This document shows positions 8,487 through 16,172 of a stretch of DNA of 24,684 nt, piece by piece. This stretch comes from Synechococcales cyanobacterium RM1_1_8 (GTDB taxonomy: Bacteria > Cyanobacteriota > Cyanobacteriia > PCC-9006 > JAAUQQ01). Position 1 is the first letter of the stretch; each line of letters opens with the position of its first letter. The stretch lies in contig JAAUQQ010000025.1 in the NCBI GenBank assembly GCA_012032745.1, forward strand, positions 1 to 24,684, written 5' to 3'. A program made the position numbers and the translations under genes. Under the pieces are notes generated by a model. It was not told where the DNA came from, did no database searches, and worked only from the letters and a program-made list of their open reading frames with translations.

Positions 8487-10252
8487 GTGCAGAATTTGGA
8501 AGATCTCTGGGATATTTTGTCGGGGTTGGATGGACAGAGCTACGGGGCCTATAAGTCGATTCGAGGCGATTATCAGGCGGAGAGCTGGACGCTGTACATT
8601 GATAAGGTCCAGGGTGACCCCTTTGCGGCACCGAGCCTTTGCCGGGTGCTGGTGGAAGCGGACTATGCACAGTTGCCGGGCGAACTCTCGGCCAGTGAGA
8701 GCCGCATTTTGGGGCTAACGGATTTCTTGACGCGGCAGTTTGGTCAGGTGGCGCGGCAGTTGGGCCAGAGTCGGGGCTCGGGGGGCAGCGGGCGGATTGA
8801 GATGGCGCGGCCCAGTCAGGCGGTGCTGGTGCGGACGAGCGTGATTTGGCATGGGGGACTGAAGGCTGGGGGGCCGCTAGAAGCCCGGTTTACGGTGGGC
8901 CTGCCTGCCCAGGGACGGCGGATCTTGGGGCGACAGGCGGCGGCGATGTTCTGTGAGGATTTGCCGGAGATTGTGGCGCGATCGCTCTGTTACCCCGCCC
9001 TGGACGGCAATCAGTTGCTGGCGCATGTCAAAACGGTGGAGGATAGCCGCTGGTTGCGGGGCGAACTAAAAAGCCGGGGATTGGTGGCCTTTGTGCCCGA
9101 CGGCGCGGTGCTGGCGCGGCGCAGTGGCGTGGACGAACGGCCCCTGGAAGATGCGATCGCTTTCAATCCCCAGAGTCCTTGCGGGTGAGCTTTGACTGTC
9201 CCAACCGGGGCCAGATCTCGGGCCTGGGCATTCCCACGGGGGTGACCCTGATTGTGGGCGGCGGTTACCACGGCAAGTCAACGCTGTTGCAGGCGATCGA
9301 GGGGGGCGTTTACGACCATATTCCCGGCGATGGTCGGGAGCTGGTGGTGACTGATCCCAGCGCGGTGAAGGTACGGGCAGAGGATGGCCGAGCCGTGGCG
9401 GGGGTGAACCTGTCGCCGTTTATTAATCACTTGCCCCTGGGCCAATCGACGGTGCAGTTTTCCACGCCCAATGCCAGTGGCAGTACGTCCCAGGCGGCCA
9501 GCATCCTTGAGGCGCTGGAGGCGGGGGCGGGGGCCTTGCTGATGGATGAGGACACCTCGGCGACGAACTTCATGATTCGCGATCGCCGGATGCAGGCCCT
9601 AATCGCTAAGGAGCAGGAGCCGATTACGCCCTTTGTGGATAAGGTGCGGCAGTTGTGTGACGAACGAGGTGTTTCGACAATTCTGGTGATGGGGGGCAGT
9701 GGCGATTACTTTGAGGCGGCGGATCAGGTGATTGCCATGGATCAGTTTTTGCCTCGGGATGTGACGGCGGAGGCAAAGGCGATCGCGGCGGAGTTTGCCA
9801 CGGCGCGAATTGCGGAGGGGGGCGAAGGGTTCGGTGAGGTGACGGCGCGGCGGTTGCATTTGCAACGAGAGGAGGGGCGTCGAGAGCCTGGGCGAGGGCA
9901 GCGCTATGGCCGGGGTCGTCAGCGGGAACAGGATGATGGAGAGCGGCGGGTGAAGTCGAAGGTGCGGGGGCTGGATGGGCTTTCGATTGACCGGGAGGAG
10001 GTTGATTTGTCTGGGGTGGCGCAGTTGGTGGAGGACGGGCAGGTGAGGGCGATCGCGGCAGCTTTCGTTCAGCTTTACAGCCAGGGATTGGATGGCCAGG
10101 CGACGGTGGCGGAGGTGTTGGATGGGATTGAGGCGGCGATCGAGCGGGATGGCTTGGATGGGCTGACGACCTTGCTGCAAGGCAACCTGGTGCTGCCCCG
10201 GCGGCAGGATTTGGCGGCGGCGCTGAATCGCTGGCGAGCAGCGCATCTCTAA
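8487..10252 (+). pseudogene. ABC-class ATPase (PF09818-like 'predicted ATPase of the ABC class') split by a 1-nt frameshift near 9165-9180
   Basis: ORFs 8487..9188 and 9179..10252 are the N- and C-terminal halves of one protein family. The Walker A (GGGYHGKSTLL) lies just after the junction. The downstream frame already reads SPESLRVSF before ORF1 stops. Confidence 0.8.
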
Positions 10253-10325
10253 AGCTCTAATACTGCTCAGATCCGACGTTTCAGACTTGGCTGCATGGGA
10301 CAAATGTTGTGTAATAATTTACTCT
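10076..10325 (+). repeat. left copy of a ~250-bp direct repeat (3' end of the ATPase gene plus ~70 bp downstream)
   Basis: Colinear with 12428-12678 at offset 2352. By eye there are 5 substitutions and one 1-nt indel. Confidence 0.95.
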
Positions 10326-10408
10326 GTGCAGGCTCAGTCTATTCAATATTTCATGTGTCGCCGTAGCGAGTCGCTGCAATATTTCTATACGTTACATCCT
10401 AAAATCTA

Positions 10409-11071
10409 ATGACTACAAACTTTCAAGATGATGCGCGCGAAAGCAGTATGCGTGATCTATTTGAGCTTCAGAAAGATGAAGCAGAGGGGCGCTCTGGTAT
10501 AGATGCTTTTTTGCTTTTGGATGGTGAACGAATTCCGTTTGAGCTTAAAACGACTTCTAAAGGGTCCGTAACAACCGTTCGGGATTTTGGGCCTGATCAT
10601 ATTCAAAAATGGCAAGACAAACACTGGCTGATTGGTTTTTTCTTGAAGGGTAAAGAATATTACAAATATGCTTCTCCCTCTCAGATAAAGCCTTGGATTC
10701 AGAAGAAAGAACAGTATATTTCAAATGACTTCAAATTGGCAAATTTGCTGCCTAATAAAATTGATCTTGAAGACATGTATAAAATCCTGGGAGCTAAATC
10801 AGTCTATTCTTTAGCAGATGCAAAGTGCGTGCAGAAAAATCAGTATACAAAAGAAAAGTACTTAGAGCTTCAAGATTTGGAGTCAGGCTACAGCGCTCAT
10901 AGAATGTTGGACATTTTCCAGGATCGAGCTCGGTATTTACTTAAACGGGGGAGTACGCTGAATAATCCGCATATTCCACTCTCGTATTTCAAAGAATGTC
11001 CTGAAATAACTCAAGATCATGCTCAAAACCTTCGTCTCTTAGTTCGAGAATATTTTTTAAATTCTGCTTAG
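10409..11071 (+). CDS. putative Type II restriction endonuclease (PD-(D/E)XK-like), specificity unknown
   Basis: GIDAFLLLDGERIPFELKTT fits D...ExK. The gene is convergent with, and overlaps by 4 nt, an m5C methyltransferase gene, and it has the same AT-rich composition. I recognised no family. Confidence 0.5.
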   Translation: MTTNFQDDARESSMRDLFELQKDEAEGRSGIDAFLLLDGERIPFELKTTSKGSVTTVRDFGPDHIQKWQDKHWLIGFFLKGKEYYKYASPSQIKPWIQKKEQYISNDFKLANLLPNKIDLEDMYKILGAKSVYSLADAKCVQKNQYTKEKYLELQDLESGYSAHRMLDIFQDRARYLLKRGSTLNNPHIPLSYFKECPEITQDHAQNLRLLVREYFLNSA

Positions 11072-12285
11072 CTTTCTAGTGCTTCTAATACATTCTTAGC
11101 GACATGGTATGCCACAGGTGGAACGACGGAATTTCCAATTTGCCCTAGCCTTTGGTAGACTGCTCCTGAAAAATGCCAAGACTCCGGAAAACCCTGAAGT
11201 AAAGCAACGTCTTGAATAGATAGTCTAAAATGCTGATGCTTTGCGGGGAAGGCGGAAGCAGATTCTCTACTTTCTTGAACTCCATTGGGCCATATTTTCA
11301 TCTCTCCCCATGATTTCTGGCCTGCGGAGCTGTTCAGTATTGATGTTGTATTTCGTTTACCTGTAAAACCACTACGAATCGTAGGAGCCAAAGCGTCATA
11401 GTCAATATGAGTTAACCCTAGCGCTTCTCGAACGCCCATGGTTTTAGGAAGGCTTGCTTCAAATAGAGATAGACTGATGGGCTGATTTTGCTTTTGTAAA
11501 TGTCTCCAAGAATGTGTTGCTTGTGGAATCTTAAAATCCTTAAAGGCTGCTAGTTTTCTAAAGCCTACGAAGAACACACGCCGCCTAACTTGAGGTACGC
11601 CGAAATCAGCTGCGTGCATCTCAAATTTGACGATTGAGTATTCTGAAAGCTGATCGATAATAAACTTTTTTACAAAGTCATTAAACTTGGGATTGAGTAA
11701 ACCTAGAACATTCTCGGCAATGAAAGCGCTTGGTTTGATTGTATTAACTGCTCTATTGAACTCTCCCCACATATTTCTTTCATCATGAAGACCTTTCTGC
11801 TCGCCAGCAATTGAGAACGGCTGGCATGGTGGACCACCATGGATAACGTCTATTTCTCCCACGTAAGGCTGCCAGTTTATTTGGGTCACGTCACCTTCTT
11901 CAGGACCTCCATAAACCTTCCAGTCAGGGCAATTTAAGCGCAGCGTTTCTTTACAAATTGGAATGAGTTCATAGGATGCGATGTGTCTGTATCCTGCTCT
12001 AGATACGCCTAAATCTAATCCACCGCCACCACTAAACAAACTCAATGCAGTTAGTCCATGCTGGTCTAGCTGGGGCATCAGTGATAGGGGATCTAACAAA
12101 GGAGTATTAATAACGTGTACTCTCTCATGCAATCTTTTCACTGCATTCAGCTTGGCCATTCTAGATTCGTGAGATGTGCGCCTATATTCCTCGCGCTGCT
12201 CGGGTGATAAGTTATACTCTTTGCGAGCTTCATTTTTGTATACAGATAGCCTGGCTGATTGCTCTTTCATGATTACTAGCCTCAC
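11068..12285 (-). CDS. DNA (cytosine-5)-methyltransferase
   Basis: Motifs occur in canonical order: I LFSGGGGLDLG, IV GGPPCQPFS, VI FIAENVLGL, VIII QVRRRVFFVG, X GNSVVPPVA. A ~78-aa basic N-terminal extension precedes motif I. Confidence 0.93.
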   Translation of the reverse strand: MRLVIMKEQSARLSVYKNEARKEYNLSPEQREEYRRTSHESRMAKLNAVKRLHERVHVINTPLLDPLSLMPQLDQHGLTALSLFSGGGGLDLGVSRAGYRHIASYELIPICKETLRLNCPDWKVYGGPEEGDVTQINWQPYVGEIDVIHGGPPCQPFSIAGEQKGLHDERNMWGEFNRAVNTIKPSAFIAENVLGLLNPKFNDFVKKFIIDQLSEYSIVKFEMHAADFGVPQVRRRVFFVGFRKLAAFKDFKIPQATHSWRHLQKQNQPISLSLFEASLPKTMGVREALGLTHIDYDALAPTIRSGFTGKRNTTSILNSSAGQKSWGEMKIWPNGVQESRESASAFPAKHQHFRLSIQDVALLQGFPESWHFSGAVYQRLGQIGNSVVPPVAYHVAKNVLEALES

Positions 12286-12418
12286 TATGCTGACGTGGTA
12301 ATTGTAGAACAGGAGTACCGAAAAATCCAGGCTTAAATAAGCTTCGTATGGATGAAATAAATTTGTACCTTCCTAGGCTCTGGTATCGCTCACCAGGGTT
12401 GCTAAAGCCTTAGCGCTA

Positions 12419-12604
12419 GTGCGGTCATATAGCCAGGGATTGGATGGCCAGGCGACGGTGGCGGAGGTGTTGGATGGGATTGAGGCGGCGATCGAGCGGG
12501 ATGGCTTGGATGGGCTGACGACCTTGCTGCAAGGCAACCTGGCGCTGCCCCGGCGGCAGGATTTGGCGGCGGCGCTGAATCGCTGGCGAGCAGCGCATCT
12601 CTAA
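12419..12604 (+). pseudogene. orphan duplicated 3' fragment of the ABC-class ATPase gene
   Basis: The 61-aa ORF is identical to the C-terminus of 9179..10252 except V->A. It has no upstream part of the gene. Confidence 0.85.
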
Positions 12605-12678
12605 AGCTCTAATACTGCTCAGATCCGACATTTCAGACTTGGCTGCATGGGACAAATATTGTGTAATAACTTACCTCT
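12428..12678 (+). repeat. right copy of the ~250-bp direct repeat
   Basis: See 10076-10325. Confidence 0.95.
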
Positions 12679-12713
12679 CACATGCTCGGGCCTGTTGTAG
12701 CACAAAGCAAAAG

Positions 12714-12854
12714 ATGACTCCAGAACTCACTTGTCCTACCTGCTGCTCCTGCGACATTTCAAAGAGCGGAACAACGCGGCGAGGCAAACAAAACTACAAA
12801 TGCCGAGACTGCAACCGACAGTTTTGCCAATTCAGGGGGCTCCCCGTCTTCTAG
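12714..12854 (+). pseudogene. remnant of an IS1-family (InsA-like) transposase N-terminal zinc finger
   Basis: CPTCCSCDISKSGTTRRGKQNYKCRDCNRQF matches the CxxC-x(n)-GKQxYxCxxCxRQF pattern of IS1-type InsA. Only ~46 codons are present and no transposase body follows. Confidence 0.55.
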
Positions 12855-12990
12855 TTGTCGCGATAGGCAAATGTCATGTCTTGACACTTGATATGGGGTT
12901 ATGGGCGATCTCGGGCCTTCAACTCATGAAAATACCTCAGGTTGGAAACCCCTAGCCTTTAGGCAGGGGAGGAAAATCGGGACTGCGTCT

Positions 12991-14121
12991 TTAGGCGCAG
13001 TGGGCCGCTAAAAGCCCAGTAGAGCGGTGAATCAGTTCTACTTTTGATGCGGTGAACTGCCCTAGTCGTCTCCAGTTGGAGTCGGAGATAGAAACCTGAG
13101 TTTTTGTATCACCGCTGACCCAGCCGAAGAATTCTTTGCCAGCTTTCACCGCCCGAACAAAGTCACCTTTCCGTAATCCGTTGTGGCGAGTGATGGTGCC
13201 GCCATACTTCCGTCTTACTCCACCTTTGACAGGCTGAGCTAGATGTAGCTGTCTGCGGGAAATAGGTGGGCGTTTGATGATGCGAAATAGACCGTCGAGC
13301 GAAGTCTGAACAGCGCCAAACCAGTCAGCGCCATCAACACCTTGCTTGTAATGCTTGCGGTAGCCCACAAACTCACTAGAGGCCAATGCAACACCGTCAA
13401 CGGCATGGGAGGCAGGAGACTGTTCTTTCTTGTTGTGGGTCTTCTCCAGGCTTAGGTGATTACGAATCTGAGCAGTTTGCCAACCAAGTTGAGTCTTTAC
13501 CTTGGGGCCTAGCTTGGACAGCTCGGAAAGCATCCATTTTTGACGGACCATAACTGCTGAGAAACCTTTACCAGAACGCGCTTTTTTGCGTCCGCTGGTC
13601 AAATCAACATCGGCCTTGACGTACTCGTAAACAATAGAGCTGGCAGGGAATAGAACAAGCAGTTCTTTAACTACCCTGAGTTCAAGCTGACGATTAGCAC
13701 GAATAGAAGGAGCAACTTTCTTCTGGCGACGATTAGAGAACCTAGCCTGTCGGTGAGCCCGCAGATTGAAAGCAACCTTGCGATTGATTCTCCGACCACG
13801 CCGACCGCGCCGCATTAGTTTCTGGAATTCCTTGCGGTCTTTAACCCGCTTGAACGGCAAAACTAAGTGAGCTAGAAACAGCGTGAACTGGGAAGATTGA
13901 ACGCCAATGCCTGAGTAAAGCTTGCCGGGGTCAATACCAATGGCTATGGGTTGAGTCTTAGCGCCTGACGGTTCAGCGGTGAGCTGCACATACCAAACGT
14001 TAATATCAGACCAACGGCCTACAGCTTTGCCAGATTCGACCCATTTTCTAGCTCGCTTTGGGGTTGTGGGCATAAGCGGTTTTCCTTCTGGGTCTATAAC
14101 TGCGATTCGTTGAATTTGCAT
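12991..14121 (-). CDS. isrB: IsrB (HNH-less IscB-family OMEGA RNA-guided nickase)
   Basis: Domain order is PLMP motif (GKPLMPTTPKRARKW), RuvC-I (IGIDPGKLYSG), Arg-rich bridge helix (RRGRRGRRINRK...RFSNRRQKK), RuvC-II (IVYEYVKADVD), RuvC-III (SHAVDGVALAS), then a C-terminal GDFV...GKEFFGWVSG domain. The protein has a single Cys, so there is no HNH insert. Confidence 0.85.
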   Translation of the reverse strand: MQIQRIAVIDPEGKPLMPTTPKRARKWVESGKAVGRWSDINVWYVQLTAEPSGAKTQPIAIGIDPGKLYSGIGVQSSQFTLFLAHLVLPFKRVKDRKEFQKLMRRGRRGRRINRKVAFNLRAHRQARFSNRRQKKVAPSIRANRQLELRVVKELLVLFPASSIVYEYVKADVDLTSGRKKARSGKGFSAVMVRQKWMLSELSKLGPKVKTQLGWQTAQIRNHLSLEKTHNKKEQSPASHAVDGVALASSEFVGYRKHYKQGVDGADWFGAVQTSLDGLFRIIKRPPISRRQLHLAQPVKGGVRRKYGGTITRHNGLRKGDFVRAVKAGKEFFGWVSGDTKTQVSISDSNWRRLGQFTASKVELIHRSTGLLAAHCA

Positions 14122-14440
14122 TTTGGAGACAATCCCGCAAATGGTTTAAGTCCCTTACCCCAACGCGCCTAGAATGTCTTGCCTTTACGCAGCGCCTACA
14201 ACAACTAGGCTTAGAGTTAATCCGAACTAGGGAAGCATCCGGAAGTCTGTATCAAGGCGCGTCTCTAGGGGTAGTCAGCACTTAGTGGCTTGGTTGTTCA
14301 AGCCAAGCCCCCGATCTTTAGTCGGGGGTTGCTGACCTGCCAATCCCTGGGCTGGAGAAGTGAGGGTGACCCCCACCGCTAACCCTGCACGAGACCGAGA
14401 CAATGCCTCGGCCACCGCCAGCTCCCCATCAATGAACCTT
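14122..14440 (-). ncRNA. candidate omega-RNA scaffold (plus guide at its 5' end) of the IsrB locus; ends approximate
   Basis: The 332-nt gap directly 5' of isrB has no credible CDS and contains several perfect helices, including a three-way junction at 14274-14336. The position matches where IscB/IsrB omega-RNAs are encoded. Confidence 0.5.
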
Positions 14441-14453
14441 CGCTGCACCTTCT

Positions 14454-16172
14454 CTAAAGTTGAGAGAGGCTCCGGCGGGTTGGGCTGGCGCTCAGGGCTT
14501 GCCACTCGGACTGGCCGAGGTACTGGAGGCGGCGGCTAAGGAAGAAGCTGAGGCCGGAGATCAGCGCGAGGTGAGCGGCGATCGCCCCCACCGTATCTCC
14601 CCAGCCCAAGCCATGGAGCGCAGTGTAGGAAAACGTCGTCATCAGCCACAGCAGCCTGAACGGCGAATTATAGGAATCCAACCCCAGCATCCCCAAGACA
14701 ATCGGCAAGCCCAGAACCCAGGCCAAGACGATGCCAAAAGTGACCCAGCGCCCGTGGAGCAGATTCGCCAGGGCAACCCACTGCATCGCTAGGGCACAGC
14801 CCAGCAGCGAAGCCGCCGCAAAAAACCAACCGATGAGGCTCTCCGTGGCAATCCCCGTGGCTAGGTTCCCATGATGATTGAAGCCAATACCCACAAGCGC
14901 TACACCGGTGATAATCGCTAAGTTAACCGCCACCGCCAACACTGAGGGGCTGCCATCATGGCTCAGCAAATCGCCCAGGGGGCTGCGCTGGCCCTGGGGC
15001 CGCTGGTGGCGATACCTGGCCCAGTCCAGCACTGCCTGGCGGGGCGGCAGCAGTAAGAACATCAAAATCACCGCGCAGATCGCCATGGAGACAGGGTAGC
15101 TCCACAGCTCTGAATATCCATCCCAAGACTGCACAGTAAAGCCCATCATCAGCAGAGAGAGAAAGAGCGTCAGGCCATAGCTTTCCACCTTGCCCAAGGA
15201 GGTTTTGGCCGGGGTTTGAAACTTGCGCTCCAGCACCCGCCAAAACCAAGCGCCCAGGAGCAAAGCATTGGGCAAGGCCAGGAACAAATACTCGTCGCCG
15301 CCCTTACCCGCAGGCCAGAAAAACCAGCCCAAATCGCGAAAGCCATCTAAAGCAGCGCCGTCACTAAAGAGCCAAACGCTGCGGCCACTCCAGCCAGTTA
15401 CGTCCCAATAGGCCAGGAGCTGGAGCGGGTGGAACAGACGAAACCAATCCAAAGAACTGTTGCTCTGGTTGGCGGACCAGCCGCCACTGAGCAGTCCAAT
15501 GCTAATGCCAGAAATCAGCCAGGTCTGGAAGCCTTGCAGCCCCGGTGTCAGCAGGGCAAACCACATGGCAGCGGCGTAGAAGCAAAAGGCGATCGCCCCC
15601 AGCAAGCCATAAAACCCCAGCAAAATCTTCAAAGGATAGGTCGCCATCAGGCCCGTCGCCAGGTGTAGCGGCAACATTATGCCAGTGCCGAGATATGGCA
15701 GCACCGGCACCCCCAGCAGCTTGCCCAGCAAAATCTGACGGCTCGACTGGGGACTCATGCGCAAAAAATTGAGCGTGCCCCGGCGGGTTTCCTTGGAGAG
15801 ATCCGCCGCCAGCAGATAGACACCGCCAATGAGCAGCACCCAGACCAGGACAAAGCTCAGATCGCGAAACACATCGGCCCACACCAGGGGCCAGTCCAGT
15901 CGCGGCACGTTGTCGGGGCCGACCTGGCAGCCCGTTTCCACCTGCTTCAGGCAATACTCGATGCCTGGATAAAATTCATTGTTGGTTCTGGTCGGTAGCT
16001 GGGCAAGGCGTTGTAATAGCAAGAGCCCCTGCACCGCCATGGAGATCGCCAGGGTGATCAGTAGGTTGCGCCAGCGCAGTCGCCCCTGCCATTCCCGCAG
16101 GAGCTGGGGGTTGCGATTGCCCACATAATCAGCCGCAATTTCGGTCACATTTTCAATCAGTTTGGAGGCCAT
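14454..16172 (-). CDS. ABC-2-type transporter permease (large polytopic membrane protein)
   Basis: More than 10 hydrophobic segments. The start overlaps the stop of the upstream ABC ATPase gene by 1 nt (16172). Confidence 0.7.
   Translation of the reverse strand: MASKLIENVTEIAADYVGNRNPQLLREWQGRLRWRNLLITLAISMAVQGLLLLQRLAQLPTRTNNEFYPGIEYCLKQVETGCQVGPDNVPRLDWPLVWADVFRDLSFVLVWVLLIGGVYLLAADLSKETRRGTLNFLRMSPQSSRQILLGKLLGVPVLPYLGTGIMLPLHLATGLMATYPLKILLGFYGLLGAIAFCFYAAAMWFALLTPGLQGFQTWLISGISIGLLSGGWSANQSNSSLDWFRLFHPLQLLAYWDVTGWSGRSVWLFSDGAALDGFRDLGWFFWPAGKGGDEYLFLALPNALLLGAWFWRVLERKFQTPAKTSLGKVESYGLTLFLSLLMMGFTVQSWDGYSELWSYPVSMAICAVILMFLLLPPRQAVLDWARYRHQRPQGQRSPLGDLLSHDGSPSVLAVAVNLAIITGVALVGIGFNHHGNLATGIATESLIGWFFAAASLLGCALAMQWVALANLLHGRWVTFGIVLAWVLGLPIVLGMLGLDSYNSPFRLLWLMTTFSYTALHGLGWGDTVGAIAAHLALISGLSFFLSRRLQYLGQSEWQALSASPTRRSLSQL

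Larger units (their letters stand above)
10326..12427. mobile_element. AT-rich horizontally acquired Type II R-M cassette between the direct repeats
   Basis: Spot counts of 60-nt lines give 20/60 and 27/60 G+C inside, against 38/60 in the flanking gene. No GCGATCGC occurs inside. It contains a convergent nuclease/methyltransferase pair. Confidence 0.75.
12949..14440 (-). mobile_element. non-autonomous IS200/IS605-type IsrB element (boundaries approximate, no tnpA)
   Basis: The isrB gene is flanked by hairpins that share a C-TTTA-G loop (12950-12969, 12982-13001, 14308-14328). G+C is lower than in the neighbours and HIP1 is absent. Confidence 0.45.

Noticed and set aside
9599-10303. 234-aa minus-strand ORF antisense to the ABC-class ATPase gene, and its 76-aa twin at 12425..12655
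   Set aside because: The translation is Arg/Pro/Gln/His-rich low complexity. The twin exists only because the underlying DNA is duplicated. No start context or family resemblance is evident.
12639-12713. N-terminal 25-codon extension of the IS1-like zinc-finger ORF, and ORF 12731..12955
   Set aside because: The extension runs into the duplicated host sequence and has no resemblance to InsA. The ATG at 12714 is directly followed by the conserved motif. The 74-aa ORF is an overlapping frame with no features.
14275-14505. 76-aa minus-strand ORF upstream of isrB
   Set aside because: It overlaps the 3' end of the ABC permease gene and runs through the perfect helices of the putative omega-RNA. 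The region is better explained as structured RNA.
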